In this document: positions 1 through 12,494 of the stretch, piece by piece
How the letters are laid out: each line of letters starts with the position of its first letter
How positions within the stretch are numbered: the stretch's first letter is position 1
NCBI GenBank assembly: GCA_907165135.1
Contig: OU015567.1
Span: 8,804,001 to 8,868,000, forward strand
Direction: 5' to 3'
DNA: 64,000 nucleotides
From: Oikopleura dioica
Lineage: Eukaryota > Animalia > Chordata
Translations under genes and position numbers: made by a program
The notes under the pieces: model-generated
Seen by the model: the letters and a program-made list of their open reading frames with translations, nothing else
The model's database searches: none
What the model was told of the DNA's origin: nothing

Positions 1-951
1 GCTTTCGATCATACTGTCGATGAAGTTTCGCGCCTGGCCGGGCATGAATGATTCTTTGTGAATCTGGATTTGTTGGAGAATGTAGGGAAGAAGGCCTTTT
101 ACCAGGGCGTCGTTGAATCTTTTCTCACCAGGGTTGATCCAGTCGATCAGTCGAGACATGAAGGGGAGCTTGAGAATGCTCATTGGGAGGATGTAATGAA
201 TCACTTTCGTCAAAACTCGATGCTGGACGTTTCCGAGGATCGTTTTGATGTTGTCAGCGAGAGATTCGAATTCAGGGTCGTTGATGTCAAGTCGTTTGCC
301 AAGAGCGACTTCGGTCAAACTGTTCAAAGTGGCGTTCATGAAAAGAACTCGTGGATCAAAAGCTTTTCCATTTCCCTCGCCAGATTGAGCCAGAATAGCG
401 CTGCAGAGATCATCCGCATTTATGCTGAGCATTTCTTCCATTTGCTCGCTGCCTTTGATGAAGGACTTGAAAAACCGCGACGAATGGATTTATGGAAGTC
501 ATCGTAGTGGCCTGTAGAAAGACCTTCGGTTCCAGTATCGCCGTTTTTGAAGAAGGGGCAGTTTTCCCCGAGAATAGCTTTGGCGACCGCAGCCAGTCCT
601 TGCTGGGCTCGCATGATGAGCGAAGCCTGGACGAGCTTTTTATTGACGAATCGGCTAGAGAGCTCGACTTTGTTGAATGCGTCTTTCATGATTTCATAGT
701 CAGTGATGACATAAATGCCAAGATTGGATTTGTAGACTTTAGGAAGACGATTTGCAGCGGCTTCTTCCTTGATGTAAGCGAAGTTTTCGCTCTTTTTTGT
801 CGGAAATTTTGGCTTGTAGCGTCTAAGATAGGGTTAGTCTTTGTTCGGAAATATGGATAAAGTACCTTTTTGTTGTTGCTCGCCATTTGTTGCAAACGTC
901 TTTTATGATAAGTTCAAGGGAGGATTCGAGGAGATCGTTTAGGCAGATCAT
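1..951 (-). CDS. Cytochrome P450, CYP2-clan-like; 5' part, runs off the window start
   Basis: Spliced manual translation: MICLNDLLESS...RRYKPKFP...VITDYEIMKDAFNKVELSSRF...GHYDDFHKSIRRG(F)FKSF...GKAFDPRVLFMNATLNSLTEVALGKRLDINDPEF...HKESFMPGQARNFIDSMIE, resembling CYP2 helices B-G. One short GT-AG intron near 823-865; a 1-nt frameshift in the A5 run at about 470-474. The heme-binding motif lies outside the window. Confidence 0.8.
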
Positions 952-1707
952 TATTTTTTACTTTAGTTTTTTATTCTAGCTTCTTTTGCTGATGATTCTA
1001 CAACGCACCTCAGCCGGTTAAATACAACCATAAGCAGCGCCATCTCTATATCACCTGCCTCTTCCCATGATCTTCGGGAACATCCGATTCTTTATCAAAG
1101 AGTTGCTGTTTTTAAGTTTCAACTGTTCTCATGTACACTTGAGGGAGAGTGAACCTGAGAGTTCCTGCCTTACGTGCCAAGCAAACTTTTCACACTTTTA
1201 CAGCCAAGTGCTTGAATGAACCATTTGACTCAAGATGACTTTTTTATAAGTTTGCTGACACGTAAAGACCCTAGTTATCAATGAAAGCATACAAGAATAG
1301 GGTAGCACATTCAATTATTTGCAATCAAGGAAGAAACCTGAAAGTCTTCAATCTTCGTAATCATTATAGACGCTTATCATTTTATTCAGCTAAGAAATAA
1401 AACAAATAGACGGAAAACGACTTGGCGCGATGTTTATCTATTCCAGCTAACCATTTGAACTTTTTAGAATTCGTTCCCAGGGTTCATCGCGACTGCTTAT
1501 TTCGCCATCTTTTCGACTCCGAACATTTTCGCAATTTTCAATTGATGATTTCAATTATTGTTGATAATAGACAAGAGTTTATTGCGAACGCTCCTACCAT
1601 TACGGTGTCGGCAGATTCTTTTTCAGGGCACAAGTAAATAAATAAATATCTGCTAAACAGTGTCTTCAATGTTTTACATTTGTTTGCATTTGAAAACTTA
1701 ATCGAAA

Positions 1708-3562
1708 CTAAGCATCTTCTGTTGAGCATTTTATATGGCTTCGATAATACCAAAGTTCTTCTAGGTAAGTTTCATATCCTAAAAATATTAAAATCAACAA
1801 TATTCCATAAATAGAAACCTTGTTCGAGCGATTTCCACCGCGCAGCCATGTAATTATTCTGAGTATTTCTTGGCGTGCAATTCGGTTTATGCAAAATCAT
1901 CGACTTCGAGCACCAGGCGATTCGTAAGTGCCCAATCGAGTCGACGAAAAATTCACGATGTCCTTTGTTTGTGAATTCAGGATCTAAAAATAACGATGAT
2001 TCGTTTTTAAGAGCTTGGTGCAAGACTTGCCATATCTTATTTTGCCTGATGTAGTTGTTCGGGCGAGGAAGAAGTTTGAAATGACATCGACGACTTTGCA
2101 TTCATTTTCGAAACCCGGAAGTGCGAAATTTTTATAAGCCTGTCGGCTGAAACAGAAGCCATTTTCTGATGGGCGGAGGTCAAGATGACTTTCCCTAGCC
2201 CAACCACTTTGATATCTCCTTAACATAATTCATTTAAAATGCTAGAACAGTTCGATTGCTTACTTGTTCAGAGCACCACCAATGATGTCGAATCCGCTTT
2301 CTTCCGCAACATCGACCATGTGTTGAAGATCTGTTTCTTCGTTCAAAACAAAGTCGTCATCGACCCAAAGATAAAACTGCGTTCGAACTTGTGATGCTCC
2401 AAGCGCTCGGCCTGCGAACCAACCCTCTGCTTCTGGCATTTTGTATTGCTTCACCGTGATTGATTTGCTCCTAAGTGTTTTGAAATTGCTATCTGGGTTG
2501 TCGTCGGCGACGATGATTGTTATTCCAGGATAGAATTTTTCGACGGACTTGATTAATCGCTCAACACATGGATATCTAAGGATTTTTAGTCAAATATTCG
2601 ATATACTTGATAACCTGAGAAAAGTTTTTGTAACAATGGTGACTCTCTTCGCGATGTCCAAAGTTGGACGATGGTTCAGAACTGGCATTTTCATCCGCTC
2701 GATTGTTACTGGAAAGGAAATCTCAAAATCCAACTCGGATCCGCTAATTTTCAGCTGAACAAGATCTTCGAGTTTTCTGGCGTCGTAAGTGTTTGGAATG
2801 TATCTGAGCATTGCGCCGTTGAACCCAGCTACTGTCATTTCCATCGTTCGAGATTGTATCGGGGCTGAGTAAGAGTCAGAAGGAATGATGTCGCCATAAC
2901 GAGTTGAAAAAGTGCAAAAAATCTTGATGTCATCTTCCGCGTCGATTCGAATTTTGAGCAAAACGGATTCGTCTGGTTCCACTTTGTATCCGCTGCTAAC
3001 AAATTCGACAGGGAGAAATGATTTTGTAAGAATAGCTTCTGGCTTGACAATATCGTAGTAATTATCACGCTTCCAATTTTCAAAGTCTTTTAGATGCTCT
3101 TCTTTGTTCGAGACGATTTTTGAATAATCGTACTTTCCACAAGCGCAGGTATTATCTTTGAAGAGATTTTCTGGCGGAGTCAGAAGTGGCGGGATTTTTC
3201 TTGACCAAGGACGTAAATTCCTAGTTCCATGGCGCTGGTAGTCTATAATTTTGTTTACGATGGAGAGGTTAAACTTGATTGAAGACCTAGTTTTCCAAAA
3301 GAAGTTTGCGGTTGTTCTGAATCTCCTGTTGCTTCAATAAACTTCGGGTGTCTGACAAAACTGTACGGCTCCAAGTATATTTCAGATGTTTCGGAAGTGA
3401 GGACAAAGGCTTTCTTTGGTTGAAAATTTTTGTTAATTTTTGTATCTACTCAAATAAAACTCAAAATGATTGAACCAAAACTGCCAAAATAACGCCGAAA
3501 AAGAATGAAAGTGCTGGTAAAAGAAACTTGTTAATCCTGATCATCTTGTTTTCTCTAAACAT
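1708..3562 (-). CDS. B4GALNT: Beta-1,4-N-acetylgalactosaminyltransferase (B4GALNT1/2-like, GT-A fold), multi-exon
   Basis: N-terminal TM (KFLLPALSFFFGVILAVLV); VTIVTKTFLR; GWFAGRALGASQVRTQFYLWVDDDFV; VVDVISNFFLART; GHREFFVDSIGHLRIAWCS; C-terminus WYYRSHIKCSTEDA*. A GC-AG intron at 1984-2030 restores KIRYDPEF. Start codon is approximate. Confidence 0.88.
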
Positions 3563-4122
3563 AGTCTCTGTGAAACTGTCGTTTCGGTGCATTTTCTTCA
3601 AAAAACTGGTCGTTGAGTTTTGCACTCTCATGGAGTAAAACAAAAAGGCACGTAATTACAGAGTGCTTTATCCTGACTTTTGTTCGAAAATTCATGAATG
3701 AACCGAAAGTGATGAACTGAATTCGCGATCACAACAAAATTTTATCTGATTTATGAGCGCTCGCGAATTTCGTGGAAAAGGGATCTTGCAAAAAAGAAGT
3801 AATATAAAAAAAAGAAGAAAAGATATCCAATATGCACCAAAATTTGCCTTGTTTTTTCGATTCAGACTTTACCTTTAGTCAGTAAATATATCTACTTGGA
3901 GACATAGAAGATCTAGGATACTTTCGAGGTCTTCTAGAGATAATAGGAAATAGGTATACTGTGTCTTGAGCAGATACCTGCTGAGCTCATTTCCGAGGAC
4001 ATGTCAGATGACAAACGATAAATGATGAAAATGAAAAGAATGTATTTTAAATCATTGATTTGAAACATTTATTCGAGTTTATTTCAATTCATAAATGGCA
4101 GGAAGACAAGAGTTCTCGTTTT

Positions 4123-4561
4123 TTAGATCTCTTCGTTCGGAAAGTAGTCGTCTACCTCATCGAGAACTTCATCTTCCTCGTCGGAGTCTTCGAAGTCTTC
4201 AAAGACGTCGTAATCTTCGATTTCCTCGTTGTCATCGCTGTCATCGTAGGAGTCGTCAAAATCGAGATCATCATCGGAATCGTCTTCTCCATCATCTTCA
4301 TCGTCCATTGGAAGCATATCGAGCGAGTCGAAGTCGGCAATGTCAAAAATGTCAACATCGTAGTCATCATCATCATCATCAGAGTCTTCGTCGTAATTAT
4401 CAAGGTCACGGCGAATACGATCTTTCTGAGCAGCAATGCCAGTTTCTTGGTTCCGATTTTGAGTTTTCAAGGAATAAAGACACAATACCTTTGATATTGT
4501 GAAGGCTGAGTCCGTTGGCAAGGCCCATGAAAGCAACAAGGATGGAAATGAGCAACTTCAT
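4123..4561 (-). CDS. Small secreted precursor with hyperacidic Asp/Glu-rich C-terminal peptide (unknown family)
   Basis: Exon 1 4561-4489 (MKLLISILVAFMGLANGLSLHNIK, signal peptide), 43-nt GT-AG intron 4488-4446, exon 2 4445-4123 (ETGIAAQKDRIRR-DLDNYDEDSDDDDDD...NEEI*). Confidence 0.75.
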
Positions 4562-5717
4562 ACTAATTTCGAGATAAAAAAAAGCAATTTTCAGCTGTTT
4601 CTCAGTTATTTTACTCTACCTTCAGATTGTATTATTTACTGAAATCTGGAATGGAACGAACTTTGAGCAAAAAACATAAGACTGTTTCTAGAGACTGTAA
4701 GTTAAAAGTAATCTGTCGTGGGAATTGGGAATTCTTGAGTTAGTAATTTATGTCTCGCGGTTCGAGTGTCCGAATGATTTATCGCACTCTTGTTTTACAA
4801 GTTCCAAAAATGTCCTGTCTAGTCATCTCACTAGAATTGTCGCGTTTTATGCCAAAAAACATTTCCTCAATGCAGTTAGTGCACCCACAGGTCACGAAAG
4901 TCAACCCTCTTAGCCGCGGTAGCGCGCTTATTCGACTCGATGCGCCTAATCATCCAACATTCCGCAGCTCAAGAAAAGAAAAATAAAGAAAGGGGATCAT
5001 TATATTTGCGAGGGAAATTTACGTCTGACCACAGAGTTATGTCGTCCAGGCAGCTTTTGATTGATTTTTGCTTGACAATCGAGAGATTCAAGGGCTTTGG
5101 ATGAGAACCAAGGAGTCTTTCATTGCAACTTTGATCTAATCATACATTTTTTATAAGTTTTACTATGGGAAAATTTCTTGTACGCGCTATAAATGCTCGT
5201 AAATACCATCAATAGCGTCTGAATCATCGTGTTTTCAGTTTTTCGGAAAAGGCTCCTCCGAAAGGACCTGGTTGAGAACGCAAATCTGGTCGGAAACCGC
5301 ACCTAAATAATGCCTAACAAATCTAGTCACATCTTCATCCCTCGAAGCAGCATCAACATTAAGGACTTAAAATTCGTGCTTCTAACGAAACAACGAGCGC
5401 CTTGGTGTCTCGGCCAGATTCTGGTGGAGTTAGTCACCACCGCTTGAGGCATTTCTTTCTGTCATTTGCGCTTTTCAAAATGCTAACACTAGATAACCAG
5501 CCGAATAATACACGTTTTTATCTCCCTACTGAAGTAAGGAGCAAACCAGGTCATTACAATTCTGACGACACAGCAATTGACAATTGTTGTGCGTTTCAGA
5601 TCCCTGCACTTTAAAGATATAAATTAACGAGCGGCGAGAAAATTCGCCACAGAGTCTAGTGACACAAGAGACAGTTCGAATTTCGAGAGCTTGTGACAAG
5701 AAGAAAGGGTGACTTTG

Positions 5718-8038
5718 ATGGAGAACAAAACAATGGAGACAGATTCAAGTGAAACGAAGAAGGTCAAAAAGAGGTGGGTTTTAGATTTTTTTCTTTAGTG
5801 TCAACTAAATTCTGTCTCTTGAAATAAATTTAGTAAAGTAATTTAATAGTTTATTAATTACTTTAAGTAATTTGATTTCAGTTTGAAATATTTGAGAAGG
5901 AATTTTAAATTTTTTTATTTGAATATCGTAGGAATTTTCGTTGAGTCAAGAGTCCAAATCTGTCCACTTACTGCGGCTAAATAAACATAATGAGCTTGAA
6001 ATTTCGAATATTTCGCGCGAATTAGGAGTGAATCATCACTACTGACTTTTGGAAATTCACTTGTCCGGATTTTCCACGGTCCCCGCCCTTGTTAATTCGA
6101 TCTGGCAGGAATTTACAAATTGCTTCAGCTTTCTGGTCGATGAAAATCCATTTGACGAATTGTTTAAAGTGCTCGATTCTACAACGAGTACTCCGTCAAG
6201 CACACTAAGAAAGTTCTCCTCGAGAAATTTGCCGGATAGTTTTCATCGGCAGCGAGTTTTCAATCCAAAGCGCGAGGAGAGGATCCGCCAGGCTCAGCGA
6301 GGCCACTTCAAATCTCTTCGAAATCGTCACGATACTCACGTCAGGTCAGGGGCTAATCATAAATTTTCAAAAGAGCGCACCTGAAATCACGCAAATCTGA
6401 TTTACTGTAGCACTTGAATTTGCCAAAATAATCGAAACAAGCCCATAAAAAGATCGAAATCGGAGCCAATAAAAGTTGTCACTGGGCCGCAAAATGCAGG
6501 CATCAAGTCAAGAATTCCCGAAGCAAGAGCATCACTGAAGAAAATTGTCTCAGATTCGACAAATCAGGCTTATGCTCGACGATTGAGCTTCAAAACTCAA
6601 GGAAAGTTCATCCAAGATCTAAATGAGCCTAGTCTCTTCCCAAGATTGTCGGGAAAAGACCTGAATCTTTGCCGAATAATTTGGATTCTCGGATTTGGCA
6701 GAGCAATATTTTTCGGGCAAAACTAGCTTTTCTCTCTTCCAAATCCCTTGCTGAACCAAAATAGACATTCCACTGGACCGAATTCCTCTCCCAAAACACT
6801 GGCTCAAGAAAGTACTCGTTATCGATGATGTCGTTGAGATTTACTTTCACAACACTCAAAGGAACGGATAAAACTTCTACCACCATGATTCACATAGTCC
6901 ATTGATGACTAGAGGCGATTCCAAAGCCCACTTGTTGATAAAACATCCACGTGGATGATCGCTTACAGCTGCGGCTTTCATTTATTATTATATCGCCGGA
7001 AGTCCCAATCATTTTTAATTTCCATGGGAAATTTGTACTGTTATCCGATTGAAAGCAATCTCAACACGCGAAACGACCCTCGAGTGCCGATCAAAGAGCA
7101 TTTGGAGGAGCTACACGTGACCCTGACTGCGCAAATGATCTCGATGATAAACAACTCGTTGGGAGCGGAAAAAGAGTCGGGGAGGAATAAGCAAGCCGAC
7201 CTTCCGCATGGCTGTCGATGGCAGATCACCGAGAAGGGGGAAGTGTTTTTCGCTAACGACCTCTCTCGCAAAACGAGCTGGTTGCATCCGCGCGTCGAGA
7301 GTCAGCTCTTGCACCAAAAAGTAAATCAATATCCCACGATAATATATAATGGCGCCAGGACGATTATCGCCCGGTATTCTTTTTCAAACTCGTTTGCGGT
7401 AGAAATACTTCGACGATTTAAAATAGACACTACGGAAGTTCAACTTATTTAGCCTCTTCGAATGTTGCTTGTCTAAGCTGGTGGTTTCCAGAGAGACAAC
7501 AAGCATCGATTTTTTTATCACCATTATTCACCCGATCTAACATTATTTCTTATCAGCTCCCGCCGCTTGTGCAAACAAGCTCTGCTTTTCCAAGTTCGGA
7601 TAAAGTGGCAGATACGACGAACCGCCAAGTTTCCAAAAGCCTTCCCATCGTCTCAACTGTGTCAACAACTATCAATTCTAATTCCGGTAATTTATGACTA
7701 ACTTAGTTTAGACCTTTAGCTCTGGTCTTTTTTTAGGGTCGGGCCAAATCCCTGCGCATTTCAAACAGTTCTCAATGGATTCCGGAGTTGGATCAACTTG
7801 TTCCGTTCATCCGACTGGCATTTACGTCAAAAATATTCCTCTGGAGACAAATCAGACAACGACGATTCTTCCAGCGCGATCAGCAGAAGTTGTGACGCCT
7901 AGTAAAGAAATAATGGAGACGGACTTTGGTCCGAGTCTCTTAAAATCACCAGGCATGCAATCGATGCAGTCGCAGTCCCAGGAATATGTTGTGTTAGAAG
8001 AAATTCCAACAACAAGCACTTTGACCGTCAAAACGTAA
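5718..8038 (+). CDS. YAP1: YAP/TAZ/Yorkie-like transcriptional co-activator (TEAD-binding region, two WW domains, phosphodegron)
   Basis: Exon from 6129 encodes ENPFDELFKVL...SRNLPDSF (cf. YAP DLEALFNAV...RKLPDSFF). WW1 is IPLPKHW...IYFHNTQ|SNLNTRNDPR across GA-AG intron 6862-7055. WW2 is LPHGCRWQITEKGEVFFANDLSRKTSWLHPR (about 7198-7293). The last exon has HFKQFSMDSGVGS. Internal exon structure at 6350-6760 is not resolved. Confidence 0.75.
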
Positions 8039-8060
8039 CTCGTCCCATTCTTGCTCATTC

Positions 8061-8514
8061 CAGAGTTGCAAATTTGCTGAGCTTAGTGAGCTGAGCTGGC
8101 TGAGTGAGCTGAGCAGTCGCTCAGCTCAGCTCAGCTCACTGATTTTCGAAAATGAATTTATCTGCTCAGCTCAGCTCAGCTCAGAACATAATCACTCAGC
8201 TCAGCTCAGCTCAGTTCAATTATTCTCGAACATGATCTGTTCTGCTCAGCTCAGCTCAGCTCAGACAAGTATCATTCAGCTCAGCTCAGCTCAGCTCAAT
8301 GATTTTAACACGATTTCAATACTAAAAAGCAGTAAAAAACAGCTCATCTCAGCTCACTCAGCTCAGCTCAGCTCTGTTTATGCCATAAACTTTATGGTCT
8401 GCTCAGCTCAGCTCAGCTCAACTACCTTAAAATAGGTCTGCTCAGCTCAGAGAATTTCTCACTCAGGGCAGCTCAGCTCAGCTCAGTGAAAATATAGCCA
8501 AATTTGCAACTCTG
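8061..8514. mobile_element. hAT-type non-autonomous MITE filled with (GCTCA)n pentamer repeats
   Basis: Perfect 16-bp TIRs CAGAGTTGCAAATTTG (8061-8076) / CAAATTTGCAACTCTG (8499-8514); 8-bp TSD GCTCATTC (8053-8060, 8515-8522); no ORF. Confidence 0.9.
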
Positions 8515-8786
8515 GCTCATTCTAATTACCGAATTTCTAGCCTGGAGCCTGCAGAAAGCCAAATAACAAAAGAAGTGAAAAATGTTTCCTTGGCAAATGA
8601 TCTCGATTTCCTCGACGAGTTCGACACCTGTTTGAAAAACAATGGCACCGATGATGATGTTTTGTCGAACAACGACTCGTTTATAAATAGCTTGCTCAAT
8701 GATAAATTTCTCTTTTTGTAGCTTTATTTCATTATCAATGATTCTGTATCTAGTTTTCAATAAATACGATTCTTCTGACTTTTCTT

Positions 8787-11340
8787 TTACACGAAAACTA
8801 ATCCAAAAGTAAATAGGGAAACTGACAAGAGAGCTGCATTGGAAGTCGTTGTTGTTGTCGTCGTTGTTGTTGTTTCTGAAATCTCAGAAGCAAAAAGTCG
8901 GTCGAAATCTCCGAAAGAAGTCATTTTCGTTCGTTCTTGAACATCGACGACTGGATCATCTTGGCCAATATTGATGCCGAAGGTTGTTAGTCGTTCTACC
9001 TCCAAGATTCTAGCAATGATTTCAGTAAAATTCAGCATTTTTTTCATTACCTTGACGAATGAAGCTCTAGTTGTTCCTCCCACCAGGGTTTCCAGGATGT
9101 TTCCCAGTCTAGCCCAAGTTTGTTCAACTGGCAATTGAAGTCGGCAACATAAGTTTGTCGAACTTCATCATCGTTCACCACATTGCACGGAGTGTACCTA
9201 TGCATATCGGCCAATCTCCATGGAATGAGGGCGGAGAAAATTTCATTCGATTTTGATTTGATGACGATGTAATAATGGGAAGGGAGCCATTGAACTTGAG
9301 TCTCTGAAACTTTTCTGTGGCACCATTTGTTGTCAGTTCTCCCTGTCCACTCTCTAAAAATGCAATAAAATGAGCCTGCAGCTTTTCATACTTACTTTGG
9401 ATCTTGATAAACTCCGCCACCAGTCACATCAAAAGCTGCGCCCATTTGAATCCATTGAATTCCGCTTTCAAAGAAAAACGGAAGCAGTTGACTTTCAAAG
9501 CTTCCCCACCAAAATGGCTTATCGAAATCTTCATTGTACCAGGGCTCACAGCCTTCCATCTTATCACAGTAGTACCAGACTGAGTGACCAGATTCGTCAG
9601 TTTTGTGCGTCATCGCCGCCTGGTTCCAAGTTCGAGCCTCTGGGAGATTTGTAGGATTTTTCATGACAGTATAGAATTGACCAACGGGAGAAATTTGACG
9701 ATCGAAATGTTCTGACATGAGTTTATCCGAGTCAGCGGGAATCTGCAACGTTTCCATTAGCAACTTATAAATATCAACATTTTGAAGCGACGGCAGCTCC
9801 ACTCCTTTCTTGAATGCTGGTCCGTAGAGTGTAAGAGGAACCTTCATGCCGTCATATTTCGAATCCCAGCCATGTGTACCCATGTAGCCTTCATTGTTAC
9901 AACTACTTCGGGGGTTGAAAGTTGATTTGTTGAAGCGATCGTTTAGAAGCAAAATGGATTCAATTGACGTCGACTCATCGTAGTGAAGGCGTTTTGGAAA
10001 GTTATATTTGTCAAACACGCGAAAGTTATTTTCCTCCTATCAAGAATTTATTTCCTTTTCTATTTACCATCGGATTAAATTCCAAACCTGTGTGCATTCG
10101 ATTGAATCTATCGTCCTTGCGATGTCAAAATCGCTTCCTTGACCAGTTCCGCGCTTATTGCCGATTTGAGTCGTTGTTGATTTCACTTGAACATACGTTT
10201 CGTCAAGAATTGTTCCGTCGTAGTTTCTGATGATGGGTGCCATAGCAATTTCATCTTCACAAAGTCCCTGTTCCATTCCATGATCAGTTGCAAGGACGAT
10301 GTTGACGCATTTGTCCAAATTGTACATTTTCAACCCATCCATAAGTTGCTTTTATCTGTTTTACTCCTGTTTTTTCAGAATTCTAGCAACAAGATGTAAA
10401 CCATTCCTGAAGATGAATGTCCACTCGTTTTAAAGCACTATCCAATGCACCTGTTTCATCGTAGGGTCCATGAGAGTGACCAGTTTTGTCAGGCTCATCA
10501 AAGTAGAGCGTAAGAAACTGCGGTCTAAAACCTTCTTTTGGGCCTGAACCAGAGTAAGCAGGCAAATTTAGCCAGTCAAGAATTTGAAGGATTCTATGCC
10601 CGAATGGTTTTTCGCCCCAAACAGCGTAGTCCCAGTGGTAAGTGGCGATTTCTCCATTGATTGGATTTTCGTTGCCTGGCCAAAGACAACAGGCGGAGAT
10701 CAAGTTATGCCTTTCAGCCATATTCCAGATTGGATCACCTCCGTAGTAACCATCTTCGACAACGTTACAGGGATGTTTTCCATCGTTGATGTTAAAAACA
10801 CTGCATTGAGCATCTTTCTCCCAGTCGTACCAGGCATTACCAACGATACCATGCTGGCTTGGGAAAAGACCAGTAACGAGAGTGTAGTGATTGGGAAATG
10901 TTTTCGAAGGATAGGAAGGCTCCATGAATTCGGCAGTGGATCCGCACTCGCGCAATCGATTGATTGTAGGAATAAACTCGGAACGAGTCAGGTAATCTTT
11001 GCGGAAGCCATCAGTTGATATAAGAAGGGTAGTTTCTAAATATTTGTCGAGTCAAAAGCTTTCACTTGAAAGCTTTCTTACTTTCGTAAGTAGAGTCTGG
11101 GCACTGATGGCCTTCTTCGGCGAAACATTCTTGGTCGATAAAACTAGGCTCGTCGTGACAAGATGTCATGTAATCAGGGCAGCAGTCTTTTCGTTCCAAA
11201 CACTTATCATCACATTGGCATTGGTTTTCATCATCGGACGGGAACGCTTCTCCGCATCGGTTCCATTCTTGATCTGGGTACCAAGGGCTTTGTTGTCGGT
11301 CACAATAATTATACGCAAGACAAAGTTTTCCTCTTTTAGT
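8787..11340 (-). CDS. ENPP: Ectonucleotide pyrophosphatase/phosphodiesterase (ENPP family) with somatomedin-B domain and GPI-like C-terminus
   Basis: SMB pattern [34 protein letters not shown] near 11150-11260; catalytic [28 protein letters not shown]; [15 protein letters not shown]; IVLATDHGM; GTHGWD; ends [28 protein letters not shown]. Start codon not pinned down. Confidence 0.9.
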
Positions 11341-11543
11341 GTTGAATAAATATCAAATGCATCTGCAGAATCTGACCGAATATTTTAAGAGGAAACGAGA
11401 TAATGTGGTCAGAAAGTGAAGAATCGAAATGCTGTGACCTTTCCTGTACTGATCTTTCTTATTCCTACATAAAAAGATGCTTGGTGGATCCGCCAGATCA
11501 GATCTTGGTTTCAGCACTTTTCGCAATATTTGCTAAAGATGCT

Positions 11544-12440
11544 TCAACATGACAGATACTTTTTTCTTTCTACCTGATGTTTGTTTATGTAATCCGAAAA
11601 TGAAAAGCTTTCAGTAAAACTGAACTCGGAGTCAAAGGTGAGTGGAGAGCCGAACTCATCAAAGAATGATTTGAGTGTGTATGGCCGTTCTTGGGCGTTT
11701 TGGCGGAGATCAAGGTAGAGACCCGTTTTTTCGCCGGTTTCAAGAGTGAAGAAATATTTCATTCCAGTGGCGACATTATTCCGGTAAACAGGAATCATGG
11801 CAATATTGAGCGACTTGCTCGAGCGGAGCATCTGTGGAACAGCTAAGGTTAGGAAAAAGTTGTGAGCATTTGTTTCCGAGCGAAAAAGTTCGTTGAACTT
11901 CTGGCGCGAACAGATGAAGCTTCTGAATCTCCCAATTCAGGAAGAAAAAGAGGTTGGAGGCCATCTGATTTCATTCTTGGCGTTCTAGGGTCCTGAAACT
12001 CACATTTACGGCAAATCCTTATGCAACTGCACCTGGATCTTATCGAATGTGCGCAACGAAATGTCACGAAAGTCGGATACAGTCGCGAAGACTGAGTGAA
12101 CCCGGCCATGTTTCGTGTCATAGACGGAGATGTACTCCTTGTTTTGGAATAACAGATAGTCTTCTGCATTTTCTGTCACTGTTTTTGACAGAATAAGCTG
12201 ATGTTGATGCTCTAGTTTTTCAAAATCTTCTATTTCAACTTGAAATGTTGCGTCTAATCGTGTTTCTGCTTCTCTTATCCATGGGCTATTTGGGACTTTC
12301 TTCGTCAAAGAAGAAAAAGAAGAAGATATTAGAAAAATAAAAACTTCCAACGCATATTTGCCGTTTTTGAGGAGAGCCCCCAAGTAAATGAAAACGCACT
12401 GCTTTATTTGGCAGCTTGATTCCTTGTATATATAGAACAA
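11544..12440 (-). CDS. Uncharacterised multi-exon protein
   Basis: Open frames 12006-12440 and 11544-11831 with plausible splice sites between them; no recognisable motif; boundaries uncertain. Confidence 0.4.
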
Positions 12441-12494
12441 TTACACAAGAACTTTTTTATGGCGGCAAAGTGGGACGGAAAGTGGATCTTTTAA

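Noticed and set aside
58-860. Plus-strand ORFs 58-507 and 492-860
   Set aside because: Antisense shadows of the minus-strand P450 exons.
4060-4502. Hydrophobic (4060-4494) and Arg/His-rich (4095-4502) plus-strand ORFs
   Set aside because: Antisense products of GAT/GAC codon runs; only the minus strand has a signal peptide, intron and furin site.
6920-6960. VDKTSTW as the end of YAP WW1, and the 14-bp palindrome CATCCACGTGGATG
   Set aside because: Would need two introns with implausible ends; a single GA-AG intron explains WW1. The palindrome is short enough to be chance.
8075-8490. Regular short repeats resembling a CRISPR or telomeric array
   Set aside because: Simple GCTCA pentamers without unique spacers, enclosed by TIRs and a TSD; eukaryotic MITE.
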